Shown here: positions 1-14,545 of the stretch, piece by piece
Layout: every line of letters starts with the position of its first letter
Position numbering within the stretch: position 1 is the stretch's first letter
Assembly (NCBI RefSeq): GCF_009914755.1
Contig: NC_060927.1
Strand: one strand, 5' to 3'
From: the human T2T-CHM13v2.0 reference genome, Homo sapiens
Length of the DNA stretch: 64,000 nt
The notes under the pieces: model-generated
Database searches by the model: none
Seen by the model: the letters and a program-made list of their open reading frames with translations, nothing else
Told to the model about the DNA's origin: nothing
Position numbers and translations under genes: made by a program

Positions 1-443
1 TAGAGAGAGATAGAGATAGAGATGGAGATACATAGAGAACTATCTTAAGGAATTGGCTCTTGCAGTGGGGCTAACAAGTCTGAAGTTTGTAAGACTGGCT
101 GGCAGGCTGGAAATTCAAGTAAGAGTTGACATCGCAGTCTTGAAACCAAAATCTATAGAGCAGCCAGTAGGCTGTAAACTCAGGCAGGGTTTCTATGCTG
201 GCTGCAGTCTTAAGGTAGAATTGCTTCTTTTTTGGGAAACCTCAGTCTTTGCTCTTAAGGCCTCCAATAGAATAAATGAGGCTTAGCCACATCATTGCAG
301 GCAATTTGCTTTACTCAAAGTGTATTGGTTGTAAATGTCAATCACCTCTACAAATACCTTCACAGCAACATCTAGACTAGTGTTTAACCAAATAACTGGG
401 CACCACAGCCTTGCCAAGGTGACACATAAAGTTAACCATGACA
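1..443 (-). mobile_element. MLT2-family (ERVL) LTR fragment with a (GA/GATA)n tract at the window start
   Basis: Reverse complement begins TGTCATGGTTAACTTTATGTGTCACCTTGGCAAGGCTGTGGTGCCCAG, matching the MLT2 5' end. Confidence 0.8.
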
Positions 444-2491
444 GAGATATATGTGTTTCTTGCATATGACTTGAGTCAATAAAACTGAGTAACATTACTG
501 TAGCAAAACTTTCATTCTCATCTACTTATTTAAGTGAACATAAGCTTTTCATCTCTAAGGAGGAGAAACAAAGCAAAGTTGATGCTCAACCCTGCCTAAC
601 AATTAGTAATATTCATGCATGTCTACAATAAGCTAATTGTTTAAAAAAATTATATCTATCCCCCTAAGAAATGCATTTGCTTAATAATTATGTATCAAAA
701 TGTGTAATATATTCATGCCATTTAGTCCAATTTTGTACTAATAACTATAATGAAAACTCAATCCAAAAGAAACATTTGAACAGTTAGAACCTATGGACAT
801 GAATTTTAAAAATTAGTTCCCAAATGAATACTCATGTATTTATTGCCGAGTAATATGATTAATAAGGGATTTTTAAGCATAAAAATCAATTAGGTTATAA
901 TTCAGAGGCAGAAATACAAGTACGAAGAAAACTACAAGTGAAACAATAGAAGATTTTTAAGCATAAAAATATATTGAATTAAGAAACAATTCTGTGGGGG
1001 GATGGAATGGAAATAAAAGAACAAAGAAAACTACAAATTAAATTTCTTTGAAAAGCATGGTCACCTAGTTTTGAATGGGTTATAGCTAGTAACACATTGC
1101 TATGGTTTTTGTTATATTGAGTGCTTTTAAAATGGTTTTATTCTAAAAGGTCAATATTTATATTATACTGAATATTACATCCCTTATCATTGTTTATAGT
1201 GATGAAAAGAAATTTTAATGTCCTTTTAAATGTGCAGGAGGGTATATAGCTTTTTAGAATTCTTTTAGCAGGTGTGTAAGAAAAAATTAGGAGATTACTG
1301 TCATACACGATATGCCTTAAGAATACAAAAGACATTTCTGTCTAGAAATAACTATGCTAAGTGGAGGAAACTTTTCAAGTTCTCAACTCTACAGAATATA
1401 TTGCTACAACACAACCGAACCTTAGAGATCATCTTGTGCAGGTTCATTATGAGAAAATTGGGCCCAGAAAAGGTAATAAGAGGTTCTCTTCACCCACTCT
1501 AATGTCTTTGCCTACATCGTGATGTAGAGACCTTTTGCTGAGATGATTTGGCACAGCATCCTGCTATGCAGACAAGACTGTAAGGGCAAATATACAGTAT
1601 CAGAATGGTACATGTGAACATTGTAATGGAATTTTATTAAGACATTTTATTTACTTAGCACCTCCAAGTTTATCACTTTTTGCTAAGGATAGATTAAAAG
1701 TTTGTCCCTGAACTTTCAGAATTTAACAGGTATTAATATGGACCTATTTGACAGCCTGATTCTGGCATATAAACTCCTGAAGTATAAAAAAATGGCTACC
1801 AAAGATCATGGCCCTCAGATGCCAAATGCTAGAATCGAAGGGGAAGCTGAGTGCTTTACCTGAGGTAAAGTGCTTAATATAATCATAACTAGGCTTTGTA
1901 AAAGAAAATATGGAGAGAAAATACCAAAGCAGTATTATATTCATTTGTATCAGTTTATATTAGGCTAATAATGTTGTAGGTGATTTTTTTCTTTTCTTTT
2001 TTTTTTTTTTTACAAATTTTGTTTAATGGGATCATATTACTTTTACAATAGAAGATTGTTTTCAGAAATATTCAGAGTTTGTAAGTTTCTTCACATTCAC
2101 AAAATTTGGAGAGTTTAGACTGAAAAGAAGTATCAGGGGAGGAGAAGATAAATAATTTTAGAGCTTTAAATAGAGATCTACTAAGGAATATAAGGACTGA
2201 TAAGAAATAAATATCAAGGCATTTATACCTTTATATTTTCTATTTAATACAATTATTTCATGTAATCAATTGAAAAAGAGATAAAGCCCCACCCTGTTGG
2301 GTTGTGACACATCAGACTTAGCCCCAGAGTGGTATCACTGTCAATGAGGCACAATCCAAACAGGCAAAAAAGGTTTCAGTGGAATTTCATTCCTTAGTTA
2401 AACCTCTGTAAAGACAGTAAAGGGAATCTATTTCTAGGCACTCAGCAAAATGTCACAGTTAGTGCATCTTGTTTTCTCTTCTCTTCTCCAG

Positions 2492-2539
2492 TGCTCTCAA
2501 ATTCCACATCCACTAGAGCCTTTCATTTGCCAAACCAAG
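2492..2539 (+). other. Candidate 48-nt exon (splice signals only)
   Basis: Acceptor TTGTTTTCTCTTCTCTTCTCCAG and donor AAG|GTAAGA; no homology recognised. Confidence 0.25.
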
Positions 2540-2905
2540 GTAAGAGGCAACAAAGAAAAGAAAAAAGAAATAAATAGATAAATAAATAAAAACTTCCTCT
2601 GCAATCTTCAGTCTGAAACTGTTTCTTTCCAAACTCATTGATTTGCTGAGATTCAACCACTTTGCTGGGTCCTCCTCCCTTTCCCTTTCTCAAGCTGGTG
2701 ATGGATATGGGTTGGATTGGGAGAGTGGGAGTGGGCTGCAAGTTACAGGATTCCTGAATCATCTTGCTTCATCTTTAACTTTATAAAATCTGTGAAAAAT
2801 TAAACATTTACTCACAAAATCATAACAGATACACTGTATCATTTTCTGCAACATCAACAACAACAACAAAAAATCAAAATTTGTAGTGAACGTCCACTTT
2901 CTTTT

Positions 2906-2956
2906 TTTTTATTATTATACTTTAAGTTCTAGGGTACATGTGCACAACGTGAAGGT
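2906..2956 (-). mobile_element. Extremely 5'-truncated L1PA 3' end
   Basis: poly(T)-ATTATACTTTAAGTTCTAGGGTACATGTGCACAACGTG; TSD TCCACTTTCTTTT at 2893-2905 and 2962-2974. Confidence 0.9.
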
Positions 2957-5509
2957 CCTTCTCCACTTTCTTTTAAAAATGACACTGACAAAAACTCTCA
3001 GTCATTGAAACCCTGTGAAGTGTGTACTTCAGGGAAATCTGTGTTGATATGCATGTGTGCCATGTCAGAATCACTCACTACAGGAATACAGATGCAGTGT
3101 CTGCAGAAGCGTACAGAAGCCACATAGCACTGCTTGGAAAGATCCGTCAGCACCAGCCATTTGCTTTTTCTCATCTTTGCTTAGAAAATTTCTCTTCCAG
3201 CCACCACAACTGGGATATCTCCTGCTCAGTGGTAAATCACTTCTATTTAATAAAATGGCCTCTTAGAGCAATTTTTAATCTATTTTACTACCATGATGAT
3301 CTGCCTGATCACGCTGATGTCTTCAAGATGACAGCACCCACTGCATAATTCTCAGCCTCCTGGATCACACCACAGCCCCTCACTGCCTTCACTGCTGCAA
3401 CATAGCAAAAAGCAAATTATTCTTGAATTGCTGAAAAAAAGGATGAAAAAATTTATAAAAACATTCAAAACAATTCCAAAAAAGCATGAATAAATTTTAT
3501 AATACTTTCAAGACAATTTGTTTGATATTTATTTTCTAGATAATTGATCTACATAATTTAACCATTGTTTCCTCCGCCCAAATAAAACCTAGAAAGAAGA
3601 AATGATATGAAAGGGAGGTAACTCTGGAGAAAGAAACACAGTCAAGACACTCTATAGATTGGCCCCTTGAAAATATATTCTCTCACTCTGCCTGAATTGT
3701 CACATTGAATTAGCCAGACTACATAAAACTCCACTGTTGGAGATATTTTGGGTTAACATATATCTTCCTTTAAAGCACAAACAATCTTGGAGTCTTATGT
3801 TTAAATCAGCTTATTTTCATACTAAAAGGTGATTAGGAAGAGTTCATAAAAGATGGATTTTATTTGAGAGGTATGATGGGTTTTCACAGGGGAGAAACAG
3901 GTCATATTGAAGCAAGGAGGCCTTCCATGAGAAGGGCAAGATCAAAGATTTTACTTATAAACCTAGGAAAGCACTGAAGAGAGCATCTAAAGAGGTTGGA
4001 AAGTATGAGTAGAGAGTTATGATACAAAAGATGCTCTGTGAGCATTATAATTTTACCCAGAGCAGTGTTTTGCCCTGGAAAAGAGGAGGAAGTGTCTTCT
4101 AGCACTGAATACTACCCACAGACCCTCTTCATGGATGAGCCCTCCTCCCTGTCTAACTTCTATTCAGTTATTCACTTAAGCAACATTTATTAATAATCCT
4201 CTGTTTATAAATTACAAGAAGAGTTAGATGGGGATTTGGAGGACTGGTGGATAAGCTAGCTATCATCTGCAGCTCTACTTCATGGGGAAATGTGCACCAA
4301 GTACCCTAATATATGAACTCAACTTATTGTGAGAAATGCATATAAGAAATAAGTCAGAATATTTTTAGAAAGCATGCAGAAAGAGGAAAAAATTTAGCTA
4401 CTTATAAGTAGCTAAATAGAATGCATACATTTTATTGTCCTACTGAAACAATATATATTTTTTAGTCATTTATACAGTAATATAAATTAGTTTAACACAA
4501 TTGATTTTTTCCTAATTCTTAAGCTGATACTATTGCCAGGAAGGGGAATTTTTATTTTGGTTTGAGATCTATGCAGAAGACATCATTTTGCAATATGGAT
4601 CATCTTTGGAGGTTGTACAGGCCGAGATACAGAGATGAAGAAAAACAAACAAACAAAAACTTAGGGCAGTTTAAATCTAAAGGTCTGCTGAAAACCCAGT
4701 AGGAACTCAAAAATGTTTTTGGACAAATAGGCTATATATGATCAACTCAGGAGTGAAACATTAAGTAGAGAGATATTTCTTCTCGTTTGTATTTATTAGG
4801 GACTACTCTATGAAAAAAGAAGGGAAGATTGCTGGTTGATGAGTTTGAGAAGGTGCCACGATCCAGCGTATCCTACCTGATATATTAACTCAGCCAGAAC
4901 AAAAGAAGCAGAGGGGATAGGGTTCTTATGGGGTTATAAAAAGTAATTCAATGCTAGCATTAAATCTTTAAAGGAGTTTGTTGTTAAAAGGAATGAGGAA
5001 CTGAGGCTTAACATGACTTAACAAAATACATTTCACACCCTGAACTAGGCCCTCTATTTTAGACCAGTTGTACATCTCTCAGTTTGTCTCCATTTATAGA
5101 CAGAAGAACACACTGCATTAGGTCATTAACAAGACACATACAATGCACTGCCTTCTCAGTATAAGCAACCATAAAAATTCATTCTGGGGAAGAGTAAACC
5201 TGCCCTTCAACATTTCAGTTGTTGAAGGTTGTGCTGAATTAGATTGCAAAGATTACATAATGTCTTTGGGGGTTGCAGGCCTTTCATCCTCTCAGCTGGC
5301 ATGAAAACTGCTAGGTGCTCTCAAACAGCACTAGAATTAATATGTGCGCATGTCCTATCACTTCGTTTATACAACACATCCTTGGCTTTTAAGAAACGAA
5401 CTTGATTAGCCTTCCTCCAAATAATGTTCTGTCATTGTCCAAGACAAGGGGAAGTAGGTTCTGACTTTAAGAGATTTTAATCCCTGTAAAGAAGAGCTCT
5501 TCAAACGAT

Positions 5510-5690
5510 CAGAATTGTAGAATATCAGAGTTCAGTAGATCTTAGAGTATTTTTTAGACTAAACCCCTCTTTTTATAGATGAAGCCACTGAAGATCAGAA
5601 AATTATTTGTCCAGAATCACACACCTAGCTCATGGAAGAAGAGACACCAGGTCTTTGCCTATTGAGATTCAGGTTTAGATACTTAAATAC
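5510..5690 (-). mobile_element. MIR (degenerate)
   Basis: TTTTATAGATGAAGCCACTGAAG...CCAGAATCACACACCTAG resembles the MIR core. Confidence 0.55.
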
Positions 5691-5711
5691 TAAAACTATG
5701 CTGTACAGTCT

Positions 5712-5853
5712 CCAGGGAACTCTTTAAAAGTGAAATTCCCATATGCCACTCCAGACAAATCATCAAAACCTCTGGGTGAGGAAACTTAGCTTCTGTATTT
5801 TTGTAAGTTTCCCAGGCAATTCTAATGTGGAACCAGTTTGGAAACCACTAGTC
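5712..5853. mobile_element. MER5-like hAT-Charlie MITE
   Basis: ...TTCCCAGGCAATTCTAATGTGGAACCAGTTTGGAAACCACTAG terminus. Confidence 0.55.
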
Positions 5854-6519
5854 TAGGAAAAGAGTCTATCATCTTTGGCAAAGACAAACAAATATCTCCC
5901 TTTCTCTAGCATGTTCTTGGTTCTTGGTGTTCTTGTTCTTGGTGTTCTCGGACCTATTGTCCTGGGTCTAACTGTTGATAGAAACCCCTTTCACACTCAG
6001 AAATATCCCAGTATGCATGTCCCTAGCTACATCCTATCTTTAATCTATCTAACTTTTAGGCATTGAAATGACATCTCCCATGGCAAATGCAAAAGTCCCC
6101 CTAAAGAGTTAAAAAGTTATAGCTATGAGTCATGGTGCCAAAAAATAATACAATTTATCAGCTACTCTGGAATTCTCCCCCTAAAAAAGAGATATTTCTA
6201 TGTCCATATTGAATTTTGGCTTCCTAAGCTTAAGGTGACAATGTAGCCAGGTTTTCAAAGACTTTGGGATGGCTAACTTTCTGGGATCTCCCTAGATTTA
6301 ATATTATAGGAGTTCCCTACTTCCCTTAACAACAAATAGCAATTTATTAATGTTAGATGCAGGAGGAATAAAGGAATCCTGACACAAAACCAAGTTATTA
6401 ACGAAAATGCTTATACCTGTGACATATCCAGAAAACTCATTTGTACCATTGAAGGAATTGTTAACTTCCTGCATGTTTTTTTCAATCTCCATTTCTATTT
6501 GTTGTTATTGTTTATTTTT

Positions 6520-7400
<881 letters not shown>

Positions 7401-8624
7401 AAACAATAACTACCACATAATAATACCATCATCCTCATAGAGCCTCAAAAAATAAACAATTCAATAGATTAGTAGAGAAAATCTCAAAACATATTTAGGG
7501 GTAGACCTGCTTGCTTCTAAATTAAAGGTAAGAGGAATGCTGGATGAAAGATATAAAGCTTATTCTTCTAAATGCACTGTTCCAAATTTATTGAAATGGA
7601 GTGAGAATGTCCTTTCTTCACATAAGCACCTGAACCTCTATTGGGAAGTTGCCATTAGAAACACAGTTACATACGAGCGAAAAAGCAGCTGAAATCTCTC
7701 TTTTATTCTAATAGGATTCTGAGTGCAGATGGAGGAGCATTAAATTACACAGGAAGTCTAGAAAAGAATGAAATCCAGACCCAGGATGTCCTAACCCTTC
7801 CCTGACCCTTAAAAACAAAAACTGTGCAATTGGCACTTTAATGCTTTATATTCACTTATCAGGTGATAGCAAGAATTTGTGGATTACTGAAATGGAGCCT
7901 GAAGAAAACAGGTCAAAAAAGGGAGGCATATGAATAGGTATTTAATTCTTTCTCTGATAAATTTTAGAATATATTTCTTAGACCTTTGTCTCTGAGTTGG
8001 AACTACATTCAAATATGAAAAGAACTATTGATTAAACACAGCTGGTGAGCATTTTAATATCACAGTCCAAGAGGATGAAGCAGGAGCCCGTGAATTCCTC
8101 TCCAGTATAATCTCTGTTTATTATCAGATGTTTTCATACATTCAATTCTGCTCCAGGAATGCCTTTCAACACTTTGTAAATAAGAAATAGTAAATGTAAA
8201 TGAGTCCGTAATTAATTATATAAAGAATAAAACTGAGACATGAAGAAGTTGGTCTCCTGAGAATTCCCATAAATTATCATGGAGTCTAAAAACCAATTGC
8301 TGAAGGAGGATATGGTCAGTGCATTTGCAATGTTAGAGAAGGAAATATTTTTCCAAGCTCAGCTAGTAACTACTGTACTCATTTCTATGCTTCAGGGACC
8401 AACTTGTGATTCTTTAGATCAATATTTCTCCAAGTTTCAAATGTTAGTATAAATGCACATTGTAGGCTATCACCCCATCTTTGCTGATTTAGTATCCGTG
8501 AAGAAAGGGCCTGTTCTAGAACCTTTATTTTAATAAGCATCCTCACATATTTCTTAAGCAAGCTAAACTTTAAGAACTACTGTTTTACTATTTATTAATT
8601 ACCAGTACACTATTTTCTACCTCT

Positions 8625-8740
8625 AGTATATGATTTATTTTTCTTTATATTTAACTTTTAATAAAAACAACATTTGATCAGTATATGATTTATTTTTCTC
8701 TTTATATTAAACTTTTAATAAAAACAACATTTGATCAGTA
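8625..8740. repeat. Tandem duplication, ~55-bp unit x2
   Basis: AGTATATGATTTATTTTT...TAATAAAAACAACATTTGATC repeated with few differences. Confidence 0.9.
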
Positions 8741-8837
8741 TTGCCTTTTACTCCTTAAGGAACTTAGGAAAGCATTCCTTAAGCACAATTCTAGGTATAT
8801 CTAGCCTATCTGAGATATATAAACAAAAGTTCTCTAT

Positions 8838-9790
8838 TATTCATTCAACAAATATTTACTGAATATTATTTTGTGACAAACTCCACTCTCTTTACTGGAG
8901 ACAGAACAATGACCAAATAGACAAAAATCACTGCCTCCATGGAATTTATATTCTGGGTGAAAGAGAGGTTGCTAATAAGACTTAAAAGATGAAAATATAC
9001 AATATGTTAGATAATAATACTTTCTAAGAAAAAAATGAAACAGAATATAGCAATAGGTAGCACATAGGTGCTATGGTTTGAATGTATCCCCTCCAAAATT
9101 TATGTGTTAGAAACTTGTTCCCCAGTGCAGCAGTGTTGAGGCCTAATGAGAGCCATTTAGATCACGAAGCTTCTGCCATGCCACCATAAAAAGTACTCAT
9201 GGGAGTCAGTTCTCTCTCTTTTGCTTTTCTGCCATGTGAGGACACAACATTCCTTCTCTCTGGAGGAAGCAGTGTGTGAGGTGCCATCTTGGAACCAGAG
9301 AGACCAGGCTCTAAACTGACGGTGCCTTAATCTTGAACTTCCCAGTATATAGAACTGTGAAAGAATAAATTTCCACTCCTTATAAATTATCCAGTCTGTG
9401 GAATTCTGTTATAGCAACACAAAACAAACCAAGACAATAGGTGAGAGGAAAACAGTATTTGAAATTTTAGACAGGGCAGTCAGGGAAGGTTCCACTAAAA
9501 AGGGAACATTTAATTTCAAGCCTTAGAAGGTAAAGAAGTGTGGCTATTTGGGAAAGGAGAATTTCTGGCACAGACACCAGCAAATGCAAAGATCCTGAAG
9601 GAGCAAAAGCATGCCTGATATGTTAGATGAAGACGAAAGAGATCAGTGTGCTTGGAGCAAAGTGAACGAGAGAGCAGTGGAAAATAAGATCAGAGAGCTG
9701 GAGAAGGGCAGATCAAGTAGTATCTTACAGGTTCTTCTAAAGACTTTGGTTACATTATGAATGAGATGAGAAGCAATTGGGACTAAAGAT
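8838..9790 (-). mobile_element. L2 3' region, interrupted by an MST LTR
   Basis: ATTCATTCAACAAATATTTACTGAAT tail and typical L2 body (CAGCAAATGCAAAGATCCTG). Confidence 0.75.
9069..9436 (+). mobile_element. MST (MaLR) solo LTR
   Basis: TGCTATGGTTTGAATG...CCAAGACA; 5-bp TSD ATAGG at 9064-9068 and 9437-9441. Confidence 0.88.
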
Positions 9791-10712
9791 TCTGAACACT
9801 GTTCTTTTTATTTAAAAAGCAAAAGTAAGAGAGGGAGTATAATAGCATGGCTTAGAATGCAAATCCCTGACTCTGGAGGATTTTACTTCCAGCAATATCT
9901 AGTTCAGTGATTTGGGCCAAACCTGCTAAAGATAATAAAAAAGACTAGCTAATATTTTTTAACTTCCTAAATGCATTAAAGAACTAACAATGCAATTAGG
10001 AATTATCAAATTTAGGAGAAATTTGGAAGAAAACAGGAATCTAAAGAGATGAGCCTAACATTCAAAACCACCCCACCAGTGGGCATTTGTAAATCCAAAA
10101 AGAGATGATTAAAAGGTTGTGCAACACTTTTTATAACATCACTTGAATAGGAACATATAAGTAGGGGTCAAAGTTGGGGAAAATAGAAAAGAACTCCCTA
10201 TTTAATTTGGGGCTCAGAAGGGCTGAAAACTGCATTCCATGAATAAGAAAACTGGAAATAATCAAAGAACTATATGGACTGCAGCATCTCTCTGCCATCA
10301 GATTTCCTGGGTAACACAGAATATCTCAAATCCTAAAATTAGATTTAGGAGATCCTAGATTAGTACTGCCACCAGGCACATAAAAGAAACAAGAGTAAAT
10401 CTTCCCTGGAGGAATTCACATCATCTTAGGCCTCAAATTATTTCTATAAATAATTTTTTCAAATACACTATGCAGCACCTAATCAAAGATAACGAAAAAC
10501 ATGAGGAAACAAGATAAAATGAACAAGATCTGGTACAAATAACAGTCAGCAGAAACATCCATAACTTCTTCAGTTAGTAAAGTTGTCAGAAACAGAACAT
10601 AAAACAATTACCATGTCTATGAAGTGAAGCTAAAAGGCCAACTTTTAAGCTTCCAAAATGAACTGGAAACTGTAAAGAGTAAACATTGCTAATTTTAAAA
10701 AGAACTAATTTG

Positions 10713-10878
10713 ATATTGAACATTCCCAACACAAAGAAATGATAAATGTTTGAGATGACAGAAATGCTAATTACCCTAATCTGATCACTATACATTATAT
10801 ATATGGAAACATCACTAGTACCCCCACGAATATGCACAATTATTACCTGTCAATTAATAAAAATAAAATAAAACAAAT
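10713..10878 (+). mobile_element. L1MA-type 3' end
   Basis: CACAAAGAAATGATAAATGTTTGAG...ATATGCACAATTATTACCTGTCAATT followed by an A-rich tail. Confidence 0.75.
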
Positions 10879-10892
10879 AAAAAGGAAATTCT

Positions 10893-10986
10893 ACCATATT
10901 GGCCAGGCTGGTCTTCAACTCCTGAACTTGTGATCAGCTCCCCCCTGGCTTGACCTCCCAGAGTGCTGGGATTACAGGAGTGAGCA
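10893..10986 (-). mobile_element. Tail-less internal Alu left-arm fragment
   Basis: ACCATATTGGCCAGGCTGG...GGGATTACAGGAGTGAGC; flanked by AAAAAGGAAATT at 10879-10890 and 10991-11002. Confidence 0.85.
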
Positions 10987-12235
10987 CAACAAAAAGGAAA
11001 TTGTAAAACTGAAAGTACAAATAAGCTAAATTAATAACTCAGTGGCTGAGTTTAAGAACAGATTAAAGAAAGATGGAAGACAGGTCAGGAAGAACTACTT
11101 ACAATGATACATAGAGAGACAAAAATTTGAAAAATACAGTAAGGAGGGTTTGATTCATTGAGAAAACAATGAAAGATCTAGCATACATTTAATTGTAGTT
11201 GTAATAAAAGATAAGAGAGTGGGACAAAAATATTTACATAATATTGGCTGACAATTTTCCAAAATTGATAAAAGAAGCAAGCCACAGCTTCAAGAGATCG
11301 CAGGGCAGATTAAAGGAAATTTACACAGAGATACATCATAGCAAAACATATAATCAAATAAAAAACGAACAACCTTAAAAGCATCCAAGGGAAAAATAAA
11401 ATATAAATTCTTTTCAAAGTAGCAACAGACTAACAGATGACTTTCCAAGAGCACCAATGAATGAAAACTTAAAGTGTAAAATATCTTTAACATATCAGTA
11501 GAAACACCACTTTCCACTTAGATTTTTATACTCAGCAATATCATTCTTCAAAACTGAAAGTGAAATATATACATTTTCGGATAATAAAAAATTGATATTC
11601 AAAGTTAATTCAAAATCAACTTCCAGTAATAGTAGGAGATACGTGGCCCTGCAAACCTGCAGCAGATAGCAATTATAAAACATGAAAGACATTAAAAACA
11701 AAACTGCCTAAAGTTACTGAGAAGTATCTAAAAGCATAAATAAAAATACAAAAACTGCGTGGAAGAGCTAAGAATTGTGAACTCACAATATAAAAACCAC
11801 AGAGACCCAAATGCAGAATCTGAACTACTTAAATGCCTGATTGATAACTATTCGTATATTTTAAGGCTCCAGGAGACACCACAGAGAAGTAGGCAGAGGG
11901 AAGATAATGTGTATTCTAGAAAAATACAGTGATATTGAGCAGAATCTATGAATTGGATGCTTTTCTTAAAAAAGCATGTTCCCAGTTATGAAAAGTTCAA
12001 GTAACAGAAAACCTAAAGGTCAGAATACAGATCCCAAAGCAAACAAACCTGCAGGAAATTACTCGTATCTTAGAACCATTCCATGCTCTTTTTGCCCTGT
12101 TCCGTCTTTGCACTGCTTTTAAAACCTGGTTCTCTGTGGGTTTTCCCTATGCTAAAAAACTTGGTAGTTAGTTAAGTATTTTGGCACATGTGGCACTCAC
12201 TTCAGAGACAGTTATAATGTCTATAAAAATATTCA

Positions 12236-12547
<312 letters not shown>

Positions 12548-12590
12548 TCAAAGAATTGAAGAAAAATATGGTGTCAATGAATAAATAGGC

Positions 12591-12838
12591 ATTTTATAGT
12601 TAACATTTGTACTTCTTTGGCTTTAGAATTATTACTTAACAATGTTTATTTCAGTCAAGAAATAATATTTCTTAATATAATATTTATTATAATAAAATAT
12701 ATTATAATAGTAATATTACAATAAAATTATGGTAATATTTATACTATTATAAATATAATATTTATTTCAACAAAGAAATAAACATTATTGTTAAATAATT
12801 GTAAAGCTGAAGAAGTACAAATGATAAAACTACAAAAT
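12591..12838. repeat. Imperfect AT-rich palindrome (inverted repeat)
   Basis: CATTTGTACTTCTTTGGCTTTAGAATTATT... (from 12604) is the reverse complement of ...AATAATTGTAAAGCTGAAGAAGTACAAATG (ends 12823); nearly pure A/T centre. Confidence 0.8.
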
Positions 12839-13009
12839 CTCCTAGATGTGCAAAACAACACATCAGAGATGCCAAAAACCACAGAGAATTAGTCAGCTGA
12901 ATTGGTTGAACTAGTCAGTTAAATAAGAAAAAAGGGAAGAATAAAAAGGTTGAAATTGATTAAACTACATTAAAATGAAGAACTTCTATTAATCAAAAAC
13001 ACTATTACT

Positions 13010-13275
13010 GAATATTCTCACTTATAAACAACTCTAAACAACAAGAACACATGGACTCAAAGGGGAAAAACAGACACTGGGGCCTCCCTGAGGGTGGAGG
13101 TGGGGAGGAGACAGAGGATCAAAAAGCTGCCTATGGAGTATGATGGCTATCGCCTGACTGATGAAATAATCTGTACACCAAACCTCTGTGACATGCAGTT
13201 TACCTATATATAACAAATCTGCATGTATGCCCCTAAACCTAAAATAAAAATTAAATTAACAAAAAGAAAAAAGAA
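13010..13275 (+). mobile_element. Older L1PA/L1PB 3' UTR
   Basis: GATGAAATAATCTGTACACCAAACC...CCTAAAATAAAAATT then an A tail. Confidence 0.8.
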
Positions 13276-13277
13276 AT

Positions 13278-14545
13278 CTGTTGAGGATGTGGAGAAATTG
13301 GAACTCCTCCATACTGTTGGTGGGAAAAAAATGATGCAGCCACTATGAAAAACTGTGGAGATTTGTCAAAAATTAAAAATGAGAATTATTATCCAGCAAT
13401 CTCATTTCTGAGGACATATCTAAAGTATGCAGTGCAGGCCCTGGAAGAGATAGTTGCACACCCATGTTTATTGCTGCATTATTCATAAAAGCCACAAGGT
13501 GGAAGCAACCCAAATGTCCCTTGACATGAACAGTTAAAGAAAATGTGGCACATACATAGAATGGAATATTATTCAACCTTAAAAAAGAAACCTTGTCACA
13601 TTCTATGATAAAGATAAACCTTGAGAATATTATATTAACTGAAATAAGCCAATAACAAAGTAATAAACACTGTAGGATTTTACTTATATGAAATAATCTT
13701 AAGTAGCCAGTCTCACAGAAACAGAAAGCAGAATGATGTTTGTCAAGGGCTAGGGATTGGGTAAAATGGGCAGTTGTTACTTAAAGGGTATTGAGTTTTA
13801 GTTTGCACGATATAAAAGTTCTAGAGGTCTTTTGCATAACAATGTGAATATAGTTAACACTATTGAACTGTACACTTTAAACGATTTAAAATGGTAAATT
13901 TTATGTTGCGTGCGTTTACCAAAATTAAACGCAAACATGTAACTAAAAAAATGCTATAAAAGAGTAAAAATGTGAGTCATAGAATGAGAGAAAACATATA
14001 AATCTAACTGAAATCTCATATTAGGACTACATTAAAAACTTCTGCAAACTAATATGAAGGAGAGATGACTATGGTAAAAAGCAAAAAAGAATGGACAGGA
14101 AACTTGAAAAGAGAATTCCAAAGAGAGACATCCCAATGACTTGTAAACAGAAAAAGATTCTCAACCTCATTAGTAATCAAGAAAATGCAAATTAAAGACA
14201 AACTATGTTCTCACTACATATTTATCAGAATGAGTAAAATTAAAACAATGAAAATTCTCACACACTGCTGGTGGGAATATAAATTGGTCAAGAATTTGGA
14301 AAATTATTTGACATTAACTGCCAAAGTTGAACATACACAGATCCTATCCTCAGCAATTCAGCTTCTAAGTATGTCCCCTGCATGTGCAACAGGAGACATG
14401 TACCAAGTGTTCATAGTAACATATTTATAATAACCAAATATTGAAAACACCTAAAGGTTCATAAAAAGTAGAAGAATAAGTGGTAATATCCTCATTCAAT
14501 TGAATACCAAAAAACAATGAAAATGAACAACTATAGAAACAATTA
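13278..14545 (+). mobile_element. L1MB and older L1M 3' fragments
   Basis: GAGGATGTGGAGAAATTGGAAC, CAACCCAAATGTCC, GAACTGTACACTTTAAA motifs. Confidence 0.75.

Larger units (their letters stand above)
9880..11760 (+). mobile_element. Old L1M 5'/ORF1-region fragments
   Basis: A-rich degenerate L1 ORF1-like sequence (TTTTCCAAAATTGATAAAAG, AATATCATTCTTCAAAACTGAAAG). Confidence 0.55.
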
